Positions 40,701 through 57,371 of a stretch of 64,000 nt of DNA are shown here, piece by piece. A program made the position numbers and the translations under genes. The stretch lies in the NCBI RefSeq assembly GCF_009914755.1, contig NC_060930.1; one strand, 5' to 3'. The notes beneath the pieces are model-generated. The model saw only the letters and a program-made list of their open reading frames with translations. It ran no database searches and was not told where the DNA came from. How positions within the stretch are numbered: the stretch's first letter is position 1; each line of letters starts with the position of its first letter. Source of the DNA: the human T2T-CHM13v2.0 reference genome, Homo sapiens.

Positions 40701-42440
40701 TAAATAAGTATCCACATCACTTTTTTTTCTGTACTTTCACCTATTCTCCTTGTCATCATGTCCCTCAACATTTTAACCACCTAGTGATTACAATGAGAGA
40801 ACTTCTCCAGAGGAATCTAAAATCTAATTTTTGGAACATATTACTCTATTGAGTATTAAGGCCAGATCTTAATTCTCTCTGACCTTCATCTAATGGTCAT
40901 AGTGCATGAAATACAGGTTTGGCTAGATGGAAAAAATAACTGATAAACCAGGATAATTCTTAAGGTGGGTTAGAAAGAAAACAGAAATAGATATGCTCCA
41001 CAGTTACAACCTTTTAAAAAGAGGACAATGAAAGGGTCATCCAATATCTTAGACTGTCAGCCAGACGAGAGATAATTGAGAAAGCCATATCTACTCCTAT
41101 TCCATTTCTTAATGCAGTTCAGTGATTGTCTCACTAGGCATCCACTGTAGCCTAAGATAACACTATGACTGTGGTTATCACAGTGAATTCTGAATTCTTA
41201 TGTATTTGGAGATAAGGAGGACTATCCAGTTATCTGTGGGGTAATAATATTTTCTGCAGCTTTCAATTAGCAGATCAATTTAGAGATGATAAATTAACCT
41301 GGAGCATATTAAAGAAATGTTTCCAAATCATCATGGGAACTAAAGGACTGGATACAAAGTGATCCAGTTAGTACAACCAAAATATGTTTTATAAATATTT
41401 TGGGGGACTTGGTTATGTTAGGATTATCTTGTTACTGATGAAGAGAAACTTTAATTTTCATACTGATTATCTCTAGGATAGTAACTTGCTGTTCAGATGA
41501 AACAAAATGATAACAATATCCATAGCCATAATGACTCATGATTGCAGGAGTGTGAATCATGTCTAAAATCGGAGATAGCTTTATGTGGTTCAAACCCTGT
41601 TTTAAAGCCAAGGTTGTACTTCAATGTTCTTTCTCATGTTACATATCTTTCCCAGTTTGAAGCTACCCAAAAGCTCAAATCATAAACGGCTGTTTGTTAA
41701 ACTTATAGCCAAATTTACTAGAATGCAGACTATTAAAGAATAATCACCAGAATGCAGACTATTAAAGAATAATTAAAGAAATTGGGGATATAATCAAGAT
41801 ATATTCACTAGATCTAAAGTAAAATAAGAATATAATCTAAGCTAAGAGTCAAGAGGCTTATTATTCAACCTCTGATTGGGGCTGGGATCTCCTGCTGCCA
41901 GAGGTTACCACTGGAAGTTGATGTGTGGTTTGGGGATATATGTCTTGACTCCCCAGTTCAGCGGTCCTTCCTGCCCCACAAAGTCCAAACTCTGGCATCT
42001 CTTTCTGCCCTTTAACACCAACTAACACCCCACAACATGACAGACACTGTGACAGTGGCTTTGTGCCCTCAGCAGATGGTTTCTGTTCCCATTTCCTTGA
42101 TGCCCTGTCAGAAGCAGGGTCCACTCCTCCAGCCCCTGCAGCCAATATGGCTTCCTCTAGCCTGTGTCTTAGAACTCACGACTCTTTCTGGAGGGTGGGG
42201 GAAGCCTAGTTCAAGTTTTAATGCAAGTTTTGCCTTTATAGAGGCTCGAGGTTGAATTGATTTCTAGGGTATCTTGCTTATCCCATACCAAGGGCTGTCT
42301 TTTTAGCTTCAAACTGAGGATATCTAAATATCGGAAGTGGAGGTCAAAATATTAGTAACTTTGAATTAAAAATGAAATTAAAGCAGTTAAAAAGGCTTAG
42401 TAAAATGCCACATGGCCTGTTAAGATTCTATCAGCCGACT

Positions 42441-43340
42441 GGAGGAGCCAAGATGGCCGAATAGGAACAGCTCCGGTCTACAGCTCCCAGCGTGAGCGAT
42501 GCAGAAGACCGGTGATTTCTGCATTTCCATCTGAGGTACCGGGTTCATCTCACTAGGGAGTGCCAGACAGTGGGCGCAGGCCAGTGGGTGCGCGCACCGG
42601 GCGCGAGCCGAAGCAGGGCGAGGCATTGCCTCACCTGGGACGCGCAAGGGGTCAGGGAGTTCCCTTTCCAAGTCAAAGAAAGGGGTGATGGACGCACCTG
42701 GAAAATTGGGTCACTCCGACCCGAATATTGCGCTTTTCAGACCGGCTTAAAAAACGGCGCACCACGAGACTATATCCCACACCTGGCTCGGAGGGTCCTA
42801 CGCCCACGGAGTCTCCCTCATTGCTAGCACAGCAGTCTGAGATCAAACTGCAAGGCGGCAGCGAGGCTGGGGGAGGGCCCCCGCCATTGCCCAGGCTTGA
42901 TTAGGTAAACAAAGCAGCTGGGAAGCTCGAACTGGGTGGAGCCCACCACAGCTCAAGGAGGCCTGCCTGCCTCTGTAGGCTCCACCTCTGGGGGCAGGGC
43001 ACAGACAAACAAAAAGACAGCAGTAACCTCTGCAGACTTAAATGCCCGTCTGACAGCTTTGAAGAGACCAGTGGTTCTCCCAGCACGCAGCTGGAGATCT
43101 GAGGACGGGCAGACTGCCTCCTCAAGTGGGTCCCTGACCTCTGACCCCTGAGCAGCCTAACTGGGAGGCACCCCCCAGCAGGGGCACACTGACACCTCAC
43201 ACGGCAGGGTATTCCAACAGACCTGCAGCTGAGGGTCCTGTCTGTTAGAAGGGAAACTAACAAACAGAAAGGACATCCACACCAAAAACCCATCTGTACA
43301 TCACCATCATCAAAGACCAAAAGTAGATAAAACCACAAAG
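42441..43340 (+). promoter_or_regulatory. L1 5' UTR CpG-rich internal promoter (sense and antisense), YY1 site intact
   Basis: CAAGATGGCC at 42449-42458; many retained CpGs at 42450-42900. Confidence 0.85.
42843..42887 (-). pseudogene. L1 ORF0, frameshifted to 14 codons (MAGALPQPRCRLAV*)
   Basis: ATG at 42887-42885; GGAGGGCCCCCGCC is 1 nt shorter than the recalled consensus GGAGGGGCGCCCGCC; no 71-aa ORF0 in the ORF track. Confidence 0.7.
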
Positions 43341-44357
43341 ACGGGGAAAAAACAGAACAGAAAAACTGGAAACTCTAAAATGCAGAGCGCCTCTCCTCCT
43401 CCAAAGGAACGCAGTTCCTCACCAGCAACGGAACAAAGCTGGATGGAGAATGATTTTGACGAGCTGAGAGAAGAAGGCTTCAGACGATCAAATTACTCTG
43501 AGCTACGGGAGGACATTCAAACCAAAGGCAAAGAAGTTGAAAACTTTGAAAAAAATTTAGAAGAATGTATAACTAGAATAACCAATACAGAGAAGTGCTT
43601 AAAGGAGCTGATGGAGCTGAAAACCAAGGCTCGAGAACTACGTGAAGAATGCAGAAGCCTCAGGAGCTGATGCGATCAACTGGAAGAAAGGGTATCAGCA
43701 ATGGAAGATGAAATGAATGAAATGAAGCGAGAAGGGAAGTTTAGAGAAAAAAGAATAAAAAGAAATGAGCAAAGCCTCCAAGAAATATGGGACTATGTGA
43801 AAAGACCAAATCTACGTCTGATTGGTGTACCTGAAAGTGATGGGGAGAATGGAACCAAGTGGGAAAACACTCTGCAGGATATTATCCAGGAGAACTTCCC
43901 CAATCTAGCAAGGCAGGCCAACGTTCAGATTCAGGAAATACAGAGAACGCCACAAAGATACTCCTCGAGAAGAGCAACTCCAAGACACATAGTTGTCAGA
44001 TTCACCAAAGTTGAAATGAAGGAAAAAATGTGAAGGGCAGCCAGAGAGAAAGGTCGGGTTACCCTCAAAGGGAAGCCCATCAGACTAACAGCGGATCTCT
44101 TGGCAGAAACCCTACAAGCCAGAAGAGAGTGGGGGCCAATATTCAACATTCTTAAAGAAAAGAATTTTCAACCCAGAATTTCATATCCAGCCAAACTAAG
44201 CTTCATAAGCAAAGGAGAAATAAAATACTTTATAGACAAGCAAATGCTGAGAGATTTTGTCACCACCAGGCCTGCCCTAAAAGAGCTCCTGAAGGAAGTG
44301 CTAAACATGGACAGGAACAACCGGTACCAGCCGCTGCAAAATCATGCCAAAATGTAA
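43341..44357 (+). pseudogene. L1 ORF1p (RNA-binding chaperone), inactivated
   Basis: 1017-bp frame; start codon is ACG; in-frame TGA at 43668-43670 and 44031-44033; the three track fragments (43380, 43701, 44100) share one frame. Confidence 0.95.
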
Positions 44358-44420
44358 AGACCATCGAGACTAGGAAGAAACTGCATCAACTAACGAGCAA
44401 AATCACCAGCTAACATCATA

Positions 44421-48247
<3,827 letters not shown>

Positions 48248-51220
48248 ACAATGAGATCACATGGACACAGGAAGGGGAATATCACACTCTGGGGACTGTG
48301 GTGGGGTAGGGGGAGCGGGGAGGGATAGCATTGGGAGATATACCTAATGCTAGATGACGAGTTAGTGGGTGCAGCGCACCAGCATGGCACATGTATACAT
48401 ATGTAACTAACCTGCACAATGTGCACATGTACCCTAAAACTTAAAGTATAATAAAAAATAAAAAAAAAAAAGATTCTATCAGCCAATCCATTTTCCCTAA
48501 GCTGCTGTTAAGAAAAAAAAAAATGGTGAATCAGAGAGCCATTATCAAAGGTGCAAGCTGACTTGTCATCACTTGTGTGATGAAAAACATCTTTGCCTGA
48601 ATCTTGTTCTTCACCTGGGCTAAGATTTCTATCTACACAACGCTTTTCAACAGTTCAGCTTCAATTAACAACTAAGAGAGCTGCCATTAGATTTTCTCAA
48701 GACTGGAAACAATGTAGGATTTTCTTTTCTTCTAAAAATAATGTACATTTTTATTTGTATCTATACTCAGTCTCTATACTTCTGCATCTATATTTCTGCA
48801 TCATTAAGTCAAACCACAGATATTTCTGGTTTCTGTGGTTACTCTTAGAAATTACTGTAACGATCTACTAATTTGCTCTTTATGCTTCCTGTAAGAGCTT
48901 CTTTGAGTCTTATGGTTTTCACGTGATGTATTGCTAACATCTTCTGAAGTTCTAAGTTTTAATAACTGTCAAGATTTCTAACTCATTTTCCTCTGTCAAA
49001 TATAGTAAGGCATGCACAAACAAAAATATTCTCACATTTCTGCCTAAAATATTTTTAAAAATGGCTCACTTATATCTCCCTGCCTCACTTATTGTACCTA
49101 CTCATGAGAAACTTCCAGATTTATTTAATTGAGATTCATTTTTAGAACCATGAGAATGCTCTAATATCTTCTTGGTCCTTTGGAGGAAACATTAAAATTG
49201 TCCATAAGACTGACAGAGTTCACGTATATGTTCTGCGACTCATGGTTAAAAACACCACATACCATTAGCAACCCATCTGTTCCATTTCTTGGTATACTAG
49301 AGTGTAAGGTCTCTTGGTTCTAAGACTGTAACAGTGCAAATCTATTTGGTACACTAGCTACAACAGGTTAACATTAAGTTGGCTGTATTTCAAGCTAACA
49401 AAGCTTGTCAGCAGTTCCAGGCCAGCTCCTAGATTTTTTTTTTCTTTCCTTTTGGGATCATGCTTCCTTATTTCTTCTCTCCTGAATCTATTCTCATCTC
49501 TTTCTCTGTTATATTTCTTCAGCTTTTTATATGTGACTACTACTAGCACACAGTCACTAACATCAGGTTCATTGGACAAATAGAGATTTTTCAATGACAT
49601 ATGTGTTTTATTACTAATGATAGTACATAAGCAAATATTTATGATGATGAGTCTGGGGTTTCTATCTGGAAGGTTTGATGAAATAATATATACTCAGAGA
49701 TCCAATATTGAGTCAGTCAGTAGAATATCTTTTTCCTTAAACAGTCCTGATCTTTCTCATATATTTTCTCTGTGAAGTCTGTGTGAAAAAAAAATTTAAA
49801 ATCAGGGAAAGTTTTGGGCAGGAGAAGCTAAAAAATCTAGAGAAGTTAGTCATACAGAGATTGCCATTTCAAAATTAGAAATGAATATAAGACAAGCCTC
49901 TTTCTGATTTTTATATACCCTAGGGTATGTGTGTGCCCTTTAAGCTTAAACAAAGTTCCACTTTGCTTGATTTGCAGAATGACCTTCAGAAAAAAGAGGT
50001 GTGAAGTGTTCTCTACCTTGTTTCATATTTACTCTGGTAAATGTGTTGTTATCAACAGAATTGTCTAATATCAATCAACCATAAATTGTTTATATGCTTT
50101 TGTTTTCTAAATAAATAAATTTGCATTGGAATTTATGTTTACTTTATCTCATGTAATTTATTTTCTCCACCACAAAATATATCATGACACTTCCAATTTC
50201 AGAAATAAACAAACATCACATTAAACTTTTGATCCTGGCCAACTCTTCTTAGAATTTCTTTTTCTATTTAGTTTGGAAAATTCTGACTAACGGCTAAAGA
50301 AATGATATTACTTTGTAATAAATTTAGACTATTTCTGAATAGCACACCATATTCTACTGCATTGTCCTCATGATGGACAAGTAGGTAATTAGAAAAATCC
50401 AGAAGACTGACACAAATGTCATATAGAATATGTCCAACACTGGTATCTTTAGGCATACATATTTGTCATCTGACTTGTTTGTCACAAAGTAGCTGTAGGC
50501 CCGTAGGCAATTTATTTTTTAACCCTACATTTCCTTATCTGTAAAGTTGGCAATAATAATATTTACCTGTGTTAATTAAGGATGAGTCCTAGGAATCTAT
50601 ATTTTAAATACAGTTTTGAGTATTCCCTATGCAAATACCCTGAATTTGGTTCATAAATGGGTGATGAAAGCTACTGCCCCAAACCAGTCCTGTTTCTTGA
50701 TTGTTTTTATATAAGGGTGATCCATTGATTATAAAATTAAACATTAAATAATAAATTATGTTTTATGTTGCATGGAGGAAAATCCTAAATAAAAACAAAC
50801 ACTCAAGAAGAGCAAATCATTTTAATCTGCCTTTTGGGCATAGTTTAACTATAACGTTTATTTCCCTGGGGTTTTCTACTTTTTATCTTCACATCTACAA
50901 TTTTTTTTCCTTGTAATGTCTCATGTTCATGATATCTGCTGTTTTGTTGTTGTTTGAGGAAAAATCTTTAGTGCACAAAACAGTATTTGTACAAATTTTC
51001 TCTCATATATTTCCATACAAAAGAAAAGTAAAATGAGATTAAAGAACGGCTTCAGATAGAGTTTTCATTCAGATGTATCAATGTTATCGACAAATGAATT
51101 CTATAGTATTGGAAAACAATGCCTGATACCCCTTTTTTTCGCAATATTGTAACAAGGCAAACTAGATATCTGAAAATCCAACCAAAAAAAAACTAAAAAA
51201 AGTTGATAAAGTATATATTT

Positions 51221-51305
51221 ATATGTAACTAACCTGCACATTGTGCACATGTACCCTAAAACTTAAAGTATAATAATAAAAAATAAAAAAGAAAAAATAA
51301 TAAAT
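51221..51305 (+). mobile_element. Extremely 5'-truncated L1PA (PA3-like) 3' end
   Basis: ATATGTAACTAACCTGCACATTGTGCACATGTACCCTAAAACTTAAAGTATAATAATAAA plus A-rich tail. Confidence 0.9.
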
Positions 51306-51699
51306 AATATTTTAAATGATTTGTGAAAATGTTAAGAAATTTAGAGAAATTTTTCAAAGGAAACAGAGAAAAATGGGGTGTTAAAACAGAGAGGTAATTA
51401 CCTTTTGGAGCCACTGACAGTCCAGAAATCTGTGTGTTACGGAGTTTCAGTATTAGAAGCCATGTGGTGAGGGATTAAGTCAGGAACTCTCACACAAAGC
51501 TATGACTGCTGATAGATAACGCAGATTGAAAGAGACAGCCTGCAGTGATTTCACCTCCACAGCAGAGACTTCAATATCTCCTCTTCTGTGGGCATAAAGG
51601 TATAAGGTTGCAAACTGTGACTCCAGTGTACAGGAGCAATTTAAAAAATTCAATTTTATGCTTTTATAAAGTTCTTGGAAGAAGATATCATAGGGACAT

Positions 51700-52940
51700 G
51701 TCAAAAGATGGATGATAAAACAAAAAAATTGAAACAGATTAAAGACAGAGGGCCTATTTCCCTAATACATGATTAATTCTTCAAAAAGTTGTTTAAAAGA
51801 TGAAAAAATCTAAAGCCAAAACCATGAAGAGATAATTCTCCAAATTATGATATAAAAATGATTCTTAAATGTATAAAAACAGGTTCAATCTCCCTCAAAA
51901 TAAGTACAAATTAAAATTACGTTAAAATCTTATATATCAAAAGTTGTCAACACTTTAGTTAATAAAGCTATGGAAAAATATGAGCTTTTATATACTGCTG
52001 GTAGAAATGCAAATTGGTAAAGACTTATGGAGATGACAATATATTACAAAACTGCACACTAATTTTCCCTTTGTCCTAACAATCTCGCTTTGATACTTTT
52101 ATCCTTAAATTACATATGAAATAATTAAAAATACATATGCAAAAGTTTATTCATTGTGACATTAGTTACAGTTACAAAATACTAGAAACATCCTGAATAC
52201 ACATTCATAGGCTATTGGTTCAACAAATTATACTATTTAACACAACGGAGTGCTACAAAACTGTAAAAAAGAATGAGAAAGATTTTGAATGGATGTGAAG
52301 TGATCTATAGAGTACATTCTTAGTTGAGAACAGCAAAGCACAAAAAAACTGAAGTGTAAGTATAGAAGGGAAAAATACATTTGTTTGTGTATATACATAA
52401 CTATATACAAAACTGTAAAATAGAATGAGAAAGATTTTAAATGGATGTGAAGTGATCTATAGAGTACATTCTTAGTTGAGAACAGCAAAGCACAAAAAAA
52501 ACTGAAGTGTAAGTATAGAAGGGAAAAATACATTTGTTTGTGTATATACATAACTATATACAAAACTGTAAAATAGAATGAGAAAGATTTTAAATGGATG
52601 TGAAGTGATCTATAGAGTACATTCTTAGTTGAGAACAGCAAAGCACAAAAAAAACTGAAGTATAGAAGGGAAAAATACATTTGTTTGTGCATATACATAA
52701 CTATATACAACCATGTATCATAAATTTTTAAAAAGATGAAAAATATATAATGTAATATAAATTATTAATAAACCTAACTTTATTTCAAATATGTAATGAA
52801 ATCCCATAAAATAGTATAATTATCATTATATTCTATATCTGGACAGTTAAATATACAGTTTATTGTTATTATTACACCTACCTATTATAAACGATGTGCT
52901 TATTATTTTGGATATGTGAAATGTTTCATTATTATTAAAA
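51700..52940 (+). mobile_element. L1ME-like ORF2 end and 3' UTR relic
   Basis: ATACTGCTGGTAGAAATGCAAATTGGTA...GTTTATTCATTGTGACATTAGTTACAGTTACAAAATACTAGAAACATCCTGAAT. Confidence 0.7.
52254..52710. repeat. Tandem triplication, unit ~152 bp
   Basis: Units start at 52254, 52406 and 52559 (TACAAAACTGTAAAA...); near-identical; closing TACAA at 52706-52710. Confidence 0.97.
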
Positions 52941-52999
52941 AGAGATGCTTTGAGAGCCATAGAGAAGCTAGTAAATCCTCAGAGAGTAGTTGAAGAATG

Positions 53000-53175
53000 A
53001 TTTGTGTTGTCTTGGACAAATTCCTTGACACTCCATGACTCAGCTCTTCATTTATGAAATGAGCTTATAAAAGTCTCTATCCAGTAATGTCATTATGAGG
53101 CTTAAGTAGTTATTAGACATAAACTGCTTAGAATAATATCAAGCACATAACTAAAATCAATAATTATTAGTCAGT
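53000..53175 (+). mobile_element. MIR
   Basis: TGTCTTGGACAAATTCCTTGACACTCCATGACTCAGCTCTTCATTTATGAAATGAG...CTGCTTAGAATAATATCAAGCACATAA. Confidence 0.75.
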
Positions 53176-53294
53176 AGTAAGAGCATGGAAGCCATTTCTC
53201 TAGGACCCAAAGTCTTTAACCATCAATTTGTTCCTGAGTATTAGTGAGAGCTGAAAGCATTATTTTAGTTATTGTATTCTGTAAAGGCAAATAA

Positions 53295-53485
53295 TAGTGA
53301 TTCTCAACTGGGTATGACATCAGCATCTCTGTTGATCTCTTAAAAATTATAAACAAATGCAATTCAGGAGTTGAATATCACCCAAAACCTACTGAACATA
53401 ATTTTTAGACATCAGGCCCAGGTTTACATAAGTTTGAAAATGTCATAGGGATACTGACAAGTTGTCTTCCTTAAGAACCCCAGTG
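53295..53485. mobile_element. MER5-like hAT MITE
   Basis: AGTGATTCTCAACTGGG ... TTAAGAACCCCAG termini; internal CCTACTGAAC and AGGCCCAGG motifs. Confidence 0.55.
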
Positions 53486-53524
53486 ATAGAAATATTGAGG
53501 AACTATTGGAGCAGAAAATAAATT

Positions 53525-53690
53525 ATGCTAAGTCCTTCACCTCAGAGAAATGAATCTCAGTTTCTTTTCTGTAAAATGAGGATAACAATCCCTTACGTGT
53601 GGGTTTGTTATGATGGTTAATAAAGATAATAAATAGAGAATACTTAGTTCATTGTTAGTAGTCAATGAATGATGGCTATTATCATTTTCT
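53525..53690 (+). mobile_element. MIR
   Basis: TGAATCTCAGTTTCTTTTCTGTAAAATGAGGATAACAATCCCT MIR core. Confidence 0.8.
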
Positions 53691-54759
53691 GTTCTTGTAG
53701 AAGGCTGAAAAATTACATAAAAAGAGGAAATGAAGTATTTATAAGAGATCATAGATAATGTAATTTAATATCATATTTTCATGAGATCTGTAATTTTGGT
53801 AGAATTTTAAACCCTACTTTTAAGACCATTAGACCAAAACTTATAAAATATAAAAATATCACCAATTTTCAAAAAGGTAATTGAAGGTCTTAGTGCAATT
53901 TCAAATAATGGATTTATGCTGCTTACTTGCACACATAAATGAGTGCCCTTGTGAATAGAAAGATATTCAAGCATGTTTATCATATTCTGAGCCTGCAACT
54001 GCATACTGATCAATGCCCCTCACTCATTAACATACAAGACTCCTTTCTGGAGCTTTCATGTGCATGCTCTTCTAAAAGCTCCTTTTTTCTTCACTGTTCA
54101 AACAGCCAATGACCTTTGTAATCAACAAGAAAATTAGAAGCAGGTGAGAGCTTATTTTTAATGCTGCTGAGACCAAATTGTTTAACTTAAATCTGAACTT
54201 TTTTCCTATCATTTGTAAGGCCTGACAAATATTAATTATATGAAGTTAGAGACCGACTTTCTCATTGTCTCTGATCAAGCTCTGTAACTAACCCTTTGCT
54301 TTCGTATTTAATAAGATAAAAACACTTCTCCTTTATGACTCTTTTTTTTTTAACTGGAGCCTTCAGGATAAACACGGTATCTTTGGGATTTATTTAATGC
54401 TCTGGTAATCATTATAAATTTACCTAGATGATTGTAACTGAAACTGATTGAGCACATTTTCCTACAGGATTGTACTTATTTATTTTAATGAGTGCATATT
54501 AGTGAATCAGAAATAAAGTTTCAACATCATAAATGACAAGTATCGGCCATGTTTTCTATCTCTCTTGTGTCTCAGTATTCTTAATCATATTTACTTAAAA
54601 TAATCCCATTCCCTAAGGTTTCTCAGAATTACCAAACAACTTTTATTTCAGCTTCATATTCAAGTATATAATGAATCAAATAATGAAGATTGCCAATTGC
54701 AGTCATATCTAGATTATCTACAAACAAATACGTGCCTGGTGAATCTAAAGCAAATTGAA

Positions 54760-55480
54760 TATATAAATAGTATATTGTATATAATATATAATATGCTGTA
54801 TATATAATATATTATATATTATAATATATAATATGCTGTATATATATTATATATTATAATATATAATATATAATATGTATTAAATATATGTACTATTTAT
54901 ATATTAAATATACATTAAATATATACATTAAATATATTATATGTAATATATAATATTTATATTATTTATATTTATATATTATAATATATATTCAGTGCTA
55001 TTTAAAATAGCACTGAATCTTTTGTATTCAAATGTGTAGATAGCTGAAGAAGGTCAGTCCTCTTGACTATATATATAAAATTTATATTATATAAAAATAT
55101 TATATACAGTTAAAAATATATTATTTATAATATATTTTAATATATTATATAAATATATAAATATTAATATATTTATATTTATATAATATATAATTTATTG
55201 TTATATATAATATATCATATAATTTATATATAATTATATATTATGTATAATATGTAATTATATATATTTATATAATTATATAATATATATAATTATATAA
55301 ACTATATATAATTATATATATTAATTATATATTATATATCATATAATTATCATATAATTTAAATTTTTAAATTATTTTAAATAAATAAATAAAAATAAAA
55401 TAAATAAAATAAGAAAATAAATAAAATAAAATAAATTAAAAATAAATATATATTTTAAATATTTATACCTACATATATTT
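54760..55480. repeat. AT-rich low-complexity / degenerate (TA)n block ending in (TAAAA)n
   Basis: Almost entirely A/T over ~700 bp except a ~80-bp island at 54990-55070. Confidence 0.95.
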
Positions 55481-56689
55481 TTAAATCACATACACCACAA
55501 AGGTTTTATTGGTGACATTGCCTTCAAACCTTCTATTCAAGTAGAAGCCTGCTTAACGGTGAATTGGACTTTAAATACAAAAATCAAATCTCCAAATCTT
55601 AGTTTTGTGTTTTATGTTATAATTATCAAATAACCCGAGGTAGCTTAAAATGAGACATTAAAATGTACTTTTTAATTGTAATACAAAATCCAGATTACAG
55701 AAAAAAGTTAAAACAATATACTTACTATAAGGGCTAGCCTGTTTTTCACAGATTTCCATATATAACCATGAGCCTTATGACATTCAGAAGAAAAATAAAA
55801 GGGATATAATAATTGGCATAGCTCTAACAGAAGTTAGAGTTTGTATGTATGATAATGAACATCTAAGCATTATAATAGTAAACTCAAGATTCAGCTTAAG
55901 GTTTGAATGCATGTTTTGAGTTCAATGATCTCTATGTCAGTAAAGCTTGTATAAATGTCATATACTGGTAATGTCATGCAATGTCATATGCTGCTACTTT
56001 GGAAAAGTCAGAGGAAAAGAAAATAAACAAAGTAAAAATAAACCTATATAAAGCAGAAAGAAAGGTTTAGGCACTGTTTATATGGCTTTTTCTATGTTGA
56101 ATGGCCTCAGGGATGCTTGAGGATTTGACATTTAGTTAATTTTCCTAGCAATATTAATTCAAATAATGCATAGGTAGACATAATATTGGATCCAAGATAA
56201 ATGAGAATTCAGTCAAAGAATGTGTATAAGAGTAAGCACATGTGCTTTATTGTTGACATTGTTTATTAACAAATGAGTCACCAGTACTGTTGAGAAGTAG
56301 CATCAATGAGGAATGAAAACTTGTCACAAATCTCGGAGGACATGGTGGACTAGCTGGATGTAAAAGGTGAAGGGATTCAATAGCTGATGGCCTTCTTGGC
56401 CAGTGACCACTCAGCTCCTTCTGTGGCTAAACATGTTTTGAATGTGGATTTGGGAAACTGTGCTTGGGAATCATGAGGCACTTCATGTGGTACCAGCCAT
56501 GTTGTTTTTTTGCCCTTGATCCTATCTTAAAACTAAATAATCTTGGTGCTGGTGATGCCTATTATGTTATGTTTAATTATCAATCCAAGCTTACCACCAC
56601 TGATGCTAGTAGAATTCAATGAGAATGATAGTAATGAACACCATTTCATACAACTCAAGTAATTTGGAGAAAACTATAGCTGAAAGAAT

Positions 56690-57371
56690 TCTTGCTTTAG
56701 ATTGGCAGGGTAGAAACAGGGAGTTGATTTTTAGTATGAGTGGTCAAGGAAGATCTCACCTAGAAAGAGATATTTCCACAAAGACCTGAAGTACAAGGTA
56801 TATGAAGTCATTTTGATTTTTGGAGGAAGAGCATTCCAGAAAGAGGAAGAAGTAGCATAAATGACTGCAGGTAGGAATATGCTTGGTGTGCTTTGTACTA
56901 ATATTTAAAAAACAGCAAGGCAGCCAGAGTGGTCAGTGTGGAACAAATTAGCTGTAACAGAGGCAAGCAGATGAAATCAGCAAGATAATTATTGTGGGTA
57001 AGAGAGGGGCAGGTATTACAGGACTTTCTATTTCAGTCTAAGGGCTTTCAATTTCACTTGTAATAAGATGGGAAGTCACCAGTGGGCTTTAAGCAAAATA
57101 GAGACATAGTGTGACTATGTCTTATTAGAATCACTCTGGCTATTATTTTCTTAACCCACTGAGGGAGGCATTGTGCAAGGAGAAAGACTGAGAGGCTAGC
57201 CCAGTAGTCCAGATAATAGTGAAAGGTGGCTTAGCCCAAGAAAGTAAAGAATGATCAAGAGTGGTAAAACTGACAGGATTTTCTGGTGAATCTATGTAAT
57301 GCTGAGATAGAGAGGAATCAAAGATGATTCCAGGGGTTTTGGTCCAGTGGCTGAAAGAATGGTGCTGCCAT
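56690..57371 (-). mobile_element. L2a fragment
   Basis: GGAGGAAGAGCATTCCAGAAAGAGG...GATGGGAAGTCACCAGTGGGCTTTAAGCA...GAGAGGAATCAAAGATGATTCCAGGGGTTTTGG. Confidence 0.85.

Noticed and set aside
41861-42260. GC-richer island with ORFs on both strands upstream of the L1
   Set aside because: No recognisable protein or convincing exon structure; probably an old LTR relic that I cannot assign.
52237-52710. 157-aa minus-strand ORF with internal repeats
   Set aside because: By-product of the 152-bp triplication of antisense L1 sequence; low complexity and no recognisable domain.
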